Source: Thraustochytrium aureum (Eukaryota). Taken from it: a stretch of 37,917 nucleotides of DNA. The DNA is taken from NCBI GenBank assembly GCA_012862495.1, contig BLSG01000266.1, positions 1,549-39,465 on the forward strand, given 5' to 3'. Shown here one piece after another: positions 21,214 to 32,474 of the stretch. Made by a program: the position numbers and the translations under genes. Positions within the stretch are counted from its first letter, which is position 1, and every line of letters begins with the position of its first letter. A model generated the notes under the pieces. It did not search any database and had not been told where the DNA came from. It saw only the letters and a program-made list of their open reading frames with translations.

Positions 21214-22637
21214 TCTGACGACCGAGCTGGTCTCGTTGTTGCCCGGCCGTCGAGACTTGAGGAAGGTCTCGAGCGCCTCTGCTGGTGGAGCTGGCGGCGT
21301 TCTCGTGCAAGTTGGACGGGGTGTTTCGCTGTTGACTCGTTCTCGCTGTTTTGGGGTCGTGTGCTGAAACCGTTCTCCTCGTGGCTGGGGCGTGAGCTTC
21401 TGGGTCCGCGCGAGGGCCTTTGGGGAGCGCTGGTTGGAGCCCGCCGCGAGTTGGCGCTTGCGTTTCCCAGCCAAACGCCTTCTTCCACCTTCGAACGATC
21501 GACGGAATGGTTTGCCAACGAGCCCAACTGAGGGCCAGCTTCGCTCGCTGCTGACTGGCCCACTATTGCCTCGACAGCGGAGTTGACATTCCGACCCGTG
21601 TGTTTTGTTGGCGTGGCGTTGCGTGTTGGGGCCACTTGATGTGAGGGCAGCGCGCAACATGAACAGACGGCCGAGGTTGCACGGCGACGCAGGAGGAACC
21701 GATGGCGTTCGCGGGCGACATCAAGCACACGCACCTCACTGGCAGGCAGGAGGCAGGCAGGCGCCCTCTTGCTAGCTCTGCTACTCTCTCTGCTCCACTT
21801 TGGCGAGAAGCGGAGGACTGATGCCTCCCTCCCTCCTCTCATTCACCAGTCTCACGCTGCGAGCTGGTGCAGGCCACTTCGATGGAGGATCTGCCTGCGA
21901 CAGCGCGGGCCAGATCCTGCCGCAAGCGCTCGAGAGCTGGCGAAGGTCATCAAGGTCGCAGTTGCGAGCCGTGTTCCAGAGGCTCGTGGGCTCGTGGCCG
22001 CAGGTGCTGCTAGCTCTAGCTTATCCTCCTTGCTGGAGAGAAGAGAAAAAACTCGAGCTTTCTTCTCCGAGCGAGAAGCCCTGTTCCGCCCTTGTTCGAG
22101 TTGGCCCATCGCTGGGATCATCATGATCCTTCCTTCTGAATCCTTCATCCGCGCATCGAAGTTTTCATGACTGAAGGCCAGCGCGGTCAAGTCAGTCGTG
22201 GTCGTGCGAGCAAGGCGGGCTTGAAGACGGCGCCGACAGCGCGGAGCCTGCCCGCCCGCGTGCCTGTCGCCGGCTTTCCTGGCGGCTGGCAGCACGTCGG
22301 ATCCTCCTCCTTGCTGGCAGCTTGCGAAGCTCGGTGACGGAGACGGTCGTCACGCTGCGCGTCCACGGCGCACACGCGCGAGGAAGGATACTCCTTCTCT
22401 ACCTACCCACACCGTGTCTCAACAAGCCACGCTCTCTGCAAGAGCCTGTCAAATCGCACAAACGTCTGTGGAGCGACCTGACGACTGTCGTTTTTCGAAA
22501 ACGGAAAGATTGATCCGAGGGGTTGGATGCGACACCAGACTCGATTCACTTCAAGCGCAGACACCGCGACAGCGAGACACGACCTCCTCGACAGCAGGCG
22601 CGGCTCGGCGAGCGGCTCGAGCGTCACGGCACACACG

Positions 22638-25465
22638 ATGGACTTTGACGAGCTCAGCGACACCTTCTCGCTGCCGCCGCTCTCCGAGATAGCTCCTCAC
22701 CACGACGACGCCCACAGGAGCTGCCACAACAGCGCAGGCCATGCTTGCGAGAACGGAGACACCGACCCGCCGTCCTTCTCCCCCGCAGTGGGACAGCCTG
22801 AGCAGCGACCTCGACGACATCGAAGACAACTTCCAGGACCTCCTTCAGCACCTGTTTCCAGCGTGCAGCGCAGGCGGTGCTAACGACCACACCGAACAAG
22901 CCCCGCACGATTTGGGCTTGGCCGAGACAGTCGGCCCACGCGCGGCTGTTTACTCCTCGGCCAAGGATGCAACGGAGCGCCCGCTGCAGGAACAGGCCGC
23001 CCCGACCGCTCCAAAGGCCAAGCCAAGGACCAAGGTGGAGGCTGCAGCAGCAGCCAGAGCAGCGGCGCGGCGTGCAGTCCCACTCTCACAGGCCGGCTTG
23101 GACGGCCAGATCCAGGTTGTTGGCGCGTTCGACGAGGACGTCTTTGTGGAGCGGTACCAGCGAAACAACAAGTGCTCAGGGCTGAAAAATCTTCGGTGCT
23201 TCCCGAACTGCGGCCCAACACATCGCAGCCGCAAGTTTTGCGGGCAGCCCATCACTTTTCGCGCAGTCCACGAGAAGGGCCTCGTCTGCTCGCTCGAGCC
23301 CGGTGCAGAATCCGTCAGAGTTGTGCGCACGAGCGGACCAGGCTCCAATCTCCTCGCGTGGGGTCGCTTCGACAAGGCCGAAGACGGCATGCAAGACGTG
23401 CAGGTTGGCTCAGTGCTGTTCCAGCCCGACGTACTTGCAGAAGAGCGAAGACGGGGCAAGCCGTTCTTTCCGTGGTACCCCAGCACTGTTGTGCGTCGTG
23501 GCGACGTTAAGGAGGAGAGCGCGAACAAGGAGGTGGTTGAGTTCGAGTTCAACAGCGAGCAGCAGGGCTGGCACTACGCCTGGCAAGCCACCAAGTACAC
23601 GTGCAATGTGGAGCACGTGTTCAAGGTGTACGTGTTTGTGCCTGTGGCCAACGAGGGTCTCCTTTGCCTCGGCATCTTCGACTCGCCCCGTTTTACCATC
23701 TATTGCCGCCGCCGGCAGCGCTTCAGCCGCGGCGACGCCGCGGACCTGCTCTCGCCCGCCACGCTCGAGAGCCGTCTGCTTTGGTACGTGCTCTCGCACC
23801 TTGAGAAGCTGCACCTTATGGACGACGGCTCGCACAGCGAGACGGAGTCTGTGGCCTCCTGCGCGCACTCGCTTCCGCTCAGGCTGGACGGCGTCTCTAC
23901 CGTTCAGAAGCTCGCGGCACCGTCCGGCTCGTCGAGCCCCAGAAGCGTGCAATCGACGGCGACGGCCTCCACATTGGCAGCGCCTTCAGACGCATGCGCC
24001 GCCTGCCCGTCGGCGTCCGTTGAAGCGCGCTTCAAAAGGGTGCTTAGCGGCTTTGCCAGGCACGTCGTCGAGGAGACGTCGTTCACAGAGCGCATTACTG
24101 AGGTCAGCGCGCAGGTCTCGTACCGGCGCGACCACGGCGAGAGCATCGACGCTGGCTACCGTCAGTTTTTGCGCTGCATGCGAGACTACATCGCGCAGTA
24201 CTTTCGCGAGCACGGGCTCTCGTTCGAGGAGCTCAGCTCACTCGAAGGCTTTAGCGCGCTGAAGAACGAGCTTCCGCTGGGGGGTCCGACGGGTGAGCTA
24301 CCGAGCGCGGTTTCCAAAGCTGGCCAGGCGGGGGACGCAGGCACCAAGGCTCGCGCCTCGCGAAAGAAGCGCGCGCGTCCGAGCGCCAGCGCGGATGATG
24401 ACGTTGGCGCCGGTGGCACGCTCCTCGGCGCGGGGGCGACTGCCGCTCCGCACCCGCTCGGAAAGCTCAACTCGAAGCCAGAGCGAGAGTTTCGCAACGC
24501 CTTCCTCGAGCTAGTCGACTCGCAGAGCGCTGCGGCCCAGGTCATCAAGAAGNNNNNNNNNNNNNNNNNNNNNNNNNNNNNNNNNNNNNNNNNNNNNNNN
24601 NNNNNNNNNNNNNNNNNNNNNNNNNNNNNNNNNNNNNNNNNNNNNNNNNNNNNNNNNNNNNNNNNNNNNNNNNNNNNNNNNNNNNNNNNNNNNNNNNNNN
24701 NNNNNNNNNNNNNNNNNNNNNNNNNNNNNNNNNNNNNNNNNNNNNNNNNNNNNNNNNNNNNNNNNNNNNNNNNNNNNNNNNCTCTCTATTGACAAGTATC
24801 TGCGCATCTGCGCTGAGCAAGCAGCTGCCGCGTGGGACGGCACAGGCCCAGCGCCGCCCAGCGCCGAGACGGTCTGGGCCGACGAGGGGTTCCAGCGCCA
24901 TGCCACCGACATTGACCTCGACGGCCGGTGGACGCGTGACGAGGAGGCGTACAAGCAATTGGTGAATTTTCGCACCAAGGTGCAGACAATGTCGTGGGTG
25001 CGGCGCCAGCTGTTGTCGATGATGGAGAGGGTGCTTCGTTTCAAGCGCACGCCAACTTCTCTGCTCTGCTTCCTCAATCCAAAGCTCATGTCGAACGGGT
25101 TTATAGAATACGCATTGGATGGTACAGAGCAGCCCTTCAACTTCAAGGACCCTATCGTGGGCACGTCGAGACCGATGGCGCTCACCAAACAGGCTTTCAT
25201 CGGCGGCAATGCCGTGGCAGTGCGCCACAGGTATTCGGACACGACGCGAATGACGCGTGTCTTTTGGCGTGCGGGCCCGGAGCGCCTTCGCGGTCGCGCG
25301 TTCTACGAGGTGCTATCCGAAGATGGCCAATGGCGCGCAGAGACGGTTCTCGCTTTCGCCGCCTTTCGTGACCCCGACCTGGAATCGCAAAGTGCCACGG
25401 GCCCTCTCCCCGCGGTCTCCGTCGCGAAACCCACGACGTCGCCGCACATTGTGACCTCTGCGTAG
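22638..25465 (+). CDS. Putative transcription-factor-like protein: acidic N-terminus, KNLxCFPxC domain, helical region, NLS-like patch and C-terminal lipocalin/FABP-like domain (frameshift at ~22780, spans a gap)
   Basis: ATG at 22638 (MDFDELSD). The domain runs from ERYQRNNKCSGLKNLRCFPNC to DSPRFTIYCRRR. RKKRAR lies at ~24361. After the gap, the frame from 24782 reads ...DIDLDGRWTRDEEAYKQLVNFRTKVQTMSWVRRQLL... to TAG at 25463-25465. Confidence 0.75.
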
Positions 25466-25498
25466 GTAATTACTAGTGTTCGAAGATGTTTACAAAAA

Positions 25499-25526
25499 AC
25501 CAAGGAGGAGGATCCTCCTCCTTGGT
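25499..25526. repeat. Perfect 28-bp palindrome
   Basis: ACCAAGGAGGAGGATCCTCCTCCTTGGT equals its own reverse complement and is centred on GGATCC. Confidence 0.95.
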
Positions 25527-25778
25527 ACTCTACTGTCTGCCAGCGCCTGTCGCATTGCCAGTGGGCGCCGCTGCAGCTCTTCTTTCGAGCGCTCACTCTC
25601 TCCGACTAAGTCTACTTCAGATACTCCACTGAACAGTAATAAGAGTTGAGCGAGGAGGCTGGCTGTTCTGTCGACAGCTGGCTTGCACTTTTTAGGATGG
25701 CCGTTACCGGTAGGTCCGGTCACCTTTAACGGTGGAGGGAGGGAGGATGAACAGGTGGGCAAAGACTTGTTGCTTCGG

Positions 25779-28700
25779 ATGATTGATGAAGACTTGCCAA
25801 TTCCTCTCTGGCTCTGGGACTTCCGGTAGGGCTCTGTGTCTCCTGAGGCGAAGCTCAACACGCAAAATAACGTGCCTGAGGTAAAGGGAACGCAGCGCAG
25901 GCTAACACAAGAAAAGCAGTCTCAGAACGCAAGCAGCCATTGCCAGGGCAGCTCGAGCGCGCAAGAGGGTGCGCTGGCTGCATGCTGATCTGGCAGACCC
26001 CACGGCTGGAGCCTTTCGCTTGAGGTGGCTGCCCAGGCAACGGTGGCGAAGGGCTTTGCGCGCGGCGCTCGCTCGCAACGACAAGGCGCACTGCAACAAC
26101 GAGGACGACAGCGCCCTCGCTGCCATGACAAGCAGCAGAAGCCGGCAGGCGGCAGCTGTGTTTTTGCGACGGGTAGCGACATCCTTCGATGCCGCCGGGC
26201 GTCGCAAGACGATCCGCATTTTCGCGCTCTTCATCAACCCAGCAATCGTCTACCTAATCTACTCGGTGAGCGCTCATGTGCTCTACATTCACACGTCACA
26301 CAACTTCGACCCAAGAACGCAACTTGAGATCGAGACGACAGGCTGTACCACGGTGGTCAAGCCGTGCGGCGCGGAGTGCGACTTTGACCCAGAGCAAGGC
26401 GGGATGCAGCTGGGCCTGGTCGCCTTAGAACGGAACGCGGTCGAGTCGACGGACGACGTGGTCTTCCGGACCGGCACGACGCTCGCAGAGAGGGTCATCG
26501 TGCAGAGCGATATTAGCTGTTCTCGATTCTTTGGCCGCGTTTGCACTGCAGTTTGCAAACTGACGGTTTCTGTGCCGCAGGAAAACTCGCTGCACTTGCG
26601 CGTGACGCAGCTCAAGGAAGAAAAAGCGGGCATAGCCTCTTTTCATAGCACAGCAGGGGTGCGCCTGGATCAACTCACGATCAGCGGTGCCGCAATTTTG
26701 ACCGAGCTCAATGAAACGGTGGTCGCATCTAGTGCGCGAGTCTCCTCCGGCTCGGAGCGAATCGTAGTGCTGAACAGCGTGCTTACTTCTGGGTGGCTCA
26801 CGGCGGCCGAAAGTAATGTTCGGGTCGTCTATGGCTCATCGAGCCCTGTTCAGGTTGTGCGAGTTGATCACAGGTCAACGACGCACGACAAACACACCTG
26901 CCTCATGGCACCGGCGCAAACGGACGAGCCGATCACAGCCACGATGAGCGCTTGCACGACAGGAAAATCACTCGAGCGGATCCAGACCACGTACGACAAG
27001 GACGCAAACAACAGGGTGATGGCAGAGTCGTTCAACGAGGGTCTGGCGTCCCTCCGAAAGTGCTGCGGTTCGAGCTGCCCGGTTCGCAACGGGTGTTCGT
27101 GGGAGCTGACGCCAGCCTTCATCCCATACGGCACGAGCTTTGTCACCCTGCCAGACCTGTATCAGACAATATACGACAACGAGGACTACACGGTCGTTCC
27201 GTTTTGCACCCGGCAGTCGTGGCTTGCTCGCGACAGCTCGCTCAACCTATCGCAAGGCGAGCTCAGCAATGTTGTGGCAGACGAATATCTTAACGTGAAA
27301 ACCGACATGGGCGGCATCCAGATCGTTCTCCTGAACGAGACTCTGGAGCATTCCATGGATCAGGCCTTTGCGGAGAACGAGCAGGCAGAGATGTTTCTGA
27401 CAGAGTCGAGCGCGAGCGAGATTCTCGAGCAGATCCGTGACGTTTATGCAAATGGGCCGATCAACAAGGAGACCAACCCCGATGTCGTAAGTTTGTATGC
27501 CCACGAAACGGCAAACGAGTCGAGAAGGCTAAAAAAGGAGCGATCGCTCCACACCGCGCTGCTAACAACGACTAACAAACCTGCAACGGACAGCCCGACA
27601 TATACGCTGTATTTTACATCAACTACAACCCCTACGCGGGCGAGTTTGCGAGCGCGGAAGAGCTCAAGTTCGTGTACACGAATGTGCCCGTTTACGTAAC
27701 TGTGCCACCGTCGCTACTCAATACGCTTTCGTTGGGGATTTTGGGTCCTGAGGTGAAACGCTACCGCATCGACTTGGTCGCCCCAGGCTGCTCGCGGACG
27801 GCAAACTTTACGAGCGAGGAGGTTGGCAAGGCCCTGTTCAAACTTCTCCTTCCGCGCTCCCGGAGTTCGCTGTATGGACTTTTGGTCGAGTACAAGACGA
27901 GCTCAGACTATGCCTCCCCAGAGCTGGTTCGCTTCTTGAAGGACCCCGCTTCTGGCGCAATTCTTTCCCGAAGCTTTTACGCCGCGTGACGGTCTCTTCT
28001 CGCTGTACACCAGCCTCTTGATTGGGGGGATTGTCGCGACCGTCGTCTTGTCCAACTTTTCGTCCATCATGCGCATCCACCTCCAGCACAAGTTCAAGCG
28101 AGAACACGCAAGGTTCAAGGTCGTTGCATGGCGGCTCCAAGACACTAGCGTTTCGGCGGCCGCCGCTTTCGACGCTGAGCCGCCCGAAGTGCAAAGCGAG
28201 AATGAGGTATACCACGTCTTGGAGCGGCCCGTCGAGCTGTGCGACGTGCTGCTCGTTGACCCAGTGCGACGAAACCTTGCCGATTCGCTCACACGCTTTA
28301 TTCATCGCACTTACGAAGTGAGCAGCGGCGAGACGAAAAGATCGAGCTGGTGCGAGTGGGCGCTTGGGTTTTTGCCGTTTGCGTCTGCTCTGGACGGAAG
28401 GTCTTCGAACAAAGTTGCGACGGTGCCGCTCGAGGGCAGCACCGCTCTGGTGCAAAACTTGGCGGGGCCCGAGGCCAAAGGGAGCGCGGGCTCGTCCCCA
28501 GCTGGAGCAGCGCGCGCCGCGCCGACGAGGTGACGTTGGCCTCTTTTATGGCCAAGTATGAGCAGTTTTGTTTCGAGGAGAACATCGATATGGAGGACGA
28601 TGTGGCCAAGATCAAGAAGCGGCTCTTGGTCGAGCACGGCGTTCGCGCGCGCGGCACGATCGCAGATCGCGTCCTTGGCCTGCGTTGGCGTCAACTCAGG

Positions 28701-30624
28701 GACGATGCGGTAAACGTCGAGCAGAAAGGCGTGGCGCCCGGCGCAAGCTTGCCGAGCGCGCGGCGTCGGCACTTTTCGCGGCGAACTGCGCCCGCGTTCG
28801 ACTATGCTGAGGAAATTGCTAGAGACGACTTGGCAAAGCTGGTGCTTGAATCGATGAGCGCCGGGGAGGCGTTGCCCACGGTGGTCGACACATTGCGGGT
28901 TTTCGTGGATCACTTTTGCGTCCGCACTGGCAACATCCGCGATTTTGTTGCCTTCGACAGCCTCCAGGGCGCACCTGGGAAGATTCTGCCCGGCTTTCAA
29001 GAGTCGTTTCATGCGTTTCTTGAAGCGTTGGCTGCCTGCGGGGGCCAGGGCGATGGCGTTCAGGCTGACGGCACTGCGAAGAGCCTCACCCCGGTTCGCT
29101 CGTACGTGATAAACGAAGGTGATATTGAAAAGCTCGGGCTCGCGAGGATCCAAGTCCGGCTCGAGACGCTTACCAGCCTGCGGTCGTTGGTTCCGAGGCA
29201 CAGCTCTGGCGGTGGAGGGGAGAGCGGCGCGCACAATATGGCTAGTGCTAGCCGGCAGCGATTCTCGTTTAGGTGGCACTGCCTGCAGTACCTGGAGACG
29301 GTGATCCACCAACTTGCCTTTGCGGTGGGGCCTTACATGATGTTCCACGTGGCGGTGCGGATCCAGGCGCTGTACGCCGAGTCAGTTGGGCCGATGACCA
29401 GCATGCACCCGGAAGACATTCTGTTCCTGCCCGAGCGGCGCAACCTAGCAAAGCTCGAGGTAATTCTGCCGCTGGCGGCTTTCGGGTACAGCAGCCTAAT
29501 TACTGTGGTCGGCTCGTACGTGCTCTTGTTTTTCGTCTACTTGGACGCTGCAAAGCTGCACCCTTTCGTGCGACGAGGCGTGCGCGTGGGGTACAGGATC
29601 CTGTTCACGCTTTCGCTTTTCTTGCTGTTTTCTTTCCTGACCACGCAGTGCGTTTGGGTCATGCTGGCCGCGTTCCTACACCCGACCAAGTTTCTTCCTT
29701 TTGGGGCTTGCCTGAGCGGGTTTTTCTCTGTGCTGGTGTACCAATTCAACCGCATCACAAAGATCAGAGCGAAGGTGAAGGCGCTCTTCTTGGAGGTCTT
29801 CAACAACAAGATGAGGCAGCGCATCCTCAGGGCGATGGCGGTGCGTCGGCAGAGCAAGCTGCAGGCGGGATCAGGCCTTCTCGCCATCTCTACCAATGAC
29901 GCCGCATACGCATTTGACCCCAACGACCTCTTCAACCTCATCGACACCGAGGTTGCAGGCCCGGCGGCGACCCAGGCCACAGCCGGCAACGCCGGCTCGC
30001 CAAAAGCCGCAGCCGAGCATGGGGCCGAGTCGGAGCTCGCTCAGGCGAACGGCGGGCCAGTCGGCCAGGCTGAGAAAGAATCCCGCCCAAAGAATGCGGG
30101 CACGGGCGACGACAGGCTGTATCGCGAGGAGTTTGATCGGCTCTTTGACACCCTCGGAATAAACGTGCTGCCCAACAAGCGGGACATGCTCTTTGCACTG
30201 TGCGACTCGCGCTGCGGGGGGCCGGATGGACTAGCGCCGAGTGGGTATGTTTTCGCGCGAGGAGTTCCTTGAGGGTTGGGACATGCTGGTTGAGGAGCTC
30301 AGCGCGAGCGTGCTCCGCGGCGGGCTCGGTCTCTCCACGTTCCAAGTGGCTGCTTTCATGGTCAGCTTGGCTGTGGTGCTCGGGCTCCTTTTCATGTTTT
30401 TGCTCGCCTCGGCAGCAGCCTTCAATCCTGACGGGACGATCAGTGCGGTTCTGCAGGCTCTTCTCATCGGTGGCGCGACGAAGGCCTCGTCGGCGGCTTC
30501 GAACACCTTTGGTGCCGCGGCTTCAGCAACGAGCCTCGTGAGTGCGGACTCTGCAGGGGACTTGAAGGGGATTGTGGACAAGCAGCTCGCAGACCGCATC
30601 GAGCCCGAGGTGGAAGTCGCGTAG
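25779..30624 (+). CDS. Large multi-pass membrane protein with EF-hand motifs; two introns; frameshifts at ~27980, ~28515 and ~30250
   Basis: Joins exon 25779-25825, exon 25920-27486 and the segment from 27594, including ORFs 27672, 28018, 28350 and 30241. It has a TM near the N-terminus (IFALFINPAIVYLIYSV), a Cys-containing ectodomain-like region, about 5 TM helices at 29300-29750, an EF-hand pair (LYREEFDRLFDTL; CDSRCGGPDGLAPSGYV(S)REEFLEGW) and C-terminal TMs. The start is uncertain. Confidence 0.7.
25826..25919 (+). other. Spliceosomal intron (94 nt, phase 2)
   Basis: Donor GTAGGG, branch GCTAAC ~14 nt before the acceptor CAG. Removal joins ...WDF-CG|T-LRTQAA in frame with the 25969 ORF. 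Confidence 0.65.
27487..27593 (+). other. Spliceosomal intron (107 nt, phase 0)
   Basis: Donor GTAAGT, branch-like GCTAAC/ACTAAC, acceptor CAG. Removal joins ...NPDV to PDIYAVFYINYNP..., which explains the frame switch between ORFs 25969 and 27672. Confidence 0.85.
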
Positions 30625-30710
30625 GACTCGTTCGTTGCATTGGTCGGCCTCGCTCTGGGGCAGAGCAGAACGCAAACGGAGCGCCTGGAGCTCCACGTTG
30701 TGTCGTTCTC

Positions 30711-30764
30711 AATCAATCAAAATCAAATCAAAACGAAAATGATCGGAAAATCAAATCAAATCAA
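30711..30764. repeat. AATC/AAATC-rich AT-rich tract
   Basis: aatcaatcaaaatcaaatcaaaacgaaaatgatcggaaaatcaaatcaaatcaa, ~87 nt after the stop at 30624. Confidence 0.85.
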
Positions 30765-31423
30765 TGGCAGCAAACATGAATGGCAGATTCGAATCTCCCA
30801 GATTCATCCTTCTTGAAAGTTGTCACGTCAGTGCGGTTCCCCTTGACGGTTTCATTTGTGGAAGGACAAGGTTGCTCTCAGGGCCTTCGGGGCACATTCT
30901 GTACTGCGACCAGGCGCACAATGGCGTTGCAGAAATGCCCCGTTTGGGATCTGTCGAGGATCCACCGAGGGGCGTCCACTCCAGAGCCGCCACAGCCCCC
31001 GGCCATTTTCCACCCGCCTCCTCACGACGGAGAACCCGCAAGCCGCGCGGCAAGCTGGAGCAGACATTTCTTTGCGCACCGCGTTCCGCCAGGGAGGCCT
31101 GCGGGTTCCCCTGCTCCAGCTCAGAATAAGCCTCGCGTAGGTTCCCTTACCACGGCAGGGAGGGGCGAGCTCGTTACGAGGAGGTCGAAGATGCGATGGC
31201 AACGCGCCACTGCGTGGAGTGCCCTACGCGGAAACAGGCCTGGCTGGGCCTCTGCAGACCTGCAACAGCCGCGCAGGAAAGCACGCAGACCCGCCAGCAG
31301 CACTGCTCCTCTGCTCCACTGGGCGCGCTTCACCGAACGAGCTGAGGAGTCCGGCCTCCGGCCCTGGAGCCGCGCCTCGATTCCCCGCGCGACGTTGGCA
31401 ACGAAACGGCGTCGGGGGCAAGA

Positions 31424-31887
31424 ATGGCAAGAGGACGCGGCGTGCTTCGGGCCGCAGCTGCTGCCGCTGAGGCCAGGAGTAACGCCTCGGCGCGAAGGGT
31501 GATGGCTGCCCGGCCACCCGCTGGAAGGAGGCTCGCGACGGCGGCGGCGGCGACGGTTGCTGCCCCAGCGCCGACCCAGTCTCCGGGCGAGCGCGCCAGC
31601 GAAGCCGTCTTCGAGCCCGAGCTCGTCATTTTTGACAAGGATGGTACACTGATCGACTTCAAGTTTATGTGGGCCAAGTGGGCGCACACGATGTGCGACA
31701 AGCTCGAGCATGGCGGCCACCTGGACGCGGCAGGCATGGAGCTGTTCACCTCGGCCCTCGGGTTCAACCGCACGACCCTTGACGTGCACAACCGATCGCC
31801 CATCTGCTGCAGCCCGATGCACCAGATCGAGTCGATCTGCATCGACGTCGTTGGCACGCACAGCGCGATCGGTCGTGACGAGGCTCG
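31424..31887 (+). CDS. HAD-superfamily hydrolase (phosphatase-like) with a probable mitochondrial targeting peptide; 3' part in gap
   Basis: HAD motif I reads LVIFDKDGTLIDF. The N-terminus MARGRGVLRAAAAAAEARSNASARRVMAARPPAGRRLATAAAA is Arg/Ala-rich and nearly free of acidic residues. Confidence 0.85.
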
Positions 31888-32474
31888 NNNNNNNNNNNNN
31901 NNNNNNNNNNNNNNNNNNNNNNNNNNNNNNNNNNNNNNNNNNNNNNNNNNNNNNNNNNNNNNNNNNNNNNNNNNNNNNNNNNNNNNNNNNNNNNNNNNNN
32001 NNNNNNNNNNNNNNNNNNNNNNNNNNNNNNNNNNNNNNNNNNNNNNNNNNNNNNNNNNNNNNNNNNNNNNNNNNNNNNNNNNNNNNNNNNNNNNNNNNNN
32101 NNNNNNNNNNNNNNNNNNNNNNNNNNNNNNNNNNNNNNNNNNNNNNNNNNNNNNNNNNNNNNNNNNNNNNNNNNNNNNNNNNNNNNNNNNNNNNNNNNNN
32201 NNNNNNNNNNNNNNNNNNNNNNNNNNNNNNNNNNNNNNNNNNNNNNNNNNNNNNNNNNNNNNNNNNNNNNNNNNNNNNNNNNNNNNNNNNNNNNNNNNNN
32301 NNNNNNNNNNNNNNNNNNNNNNNNNNNNNNNNNNNNNNNNNNNNNNNNNNNNNNNNNNNNNNNNNNNNNNNNNNNNNNNNNNNNNNNNNNNNNNNNNNNN
32401 NNNNNNNNNNNNNNNNNNNNNNNNNNNNNNNNNNNNNNNNNNNNNNNNNNNNNNNNNNNNNNNNNNNNNNNNNN

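Noticed and set aside
21214..21367. C-terminal extension of the histone-fold ORF
   Set aside because: It is better explained by a missing T at 21182-21185; the corrected frame ends at 21213 with a family-typical terminus.
21215..22400. Possible minus-strand gene (ORFs 21006..21842 and 21852..22295)
   Set aside because: Some stretches look protein-like, but I found no recognisable domain, convincing start or splice model, and low-complexity GGCA/CTAG tracts interrupt it. Left unresolved without transcript data.
30764..31420. ORFs of 76-240 aa between the membrane protein gene and the HAD gene
   Set aside because: They have Arg/Pro/Ser-rich random composition and no motifs, so they are more likely intergenic or UTR sequence.
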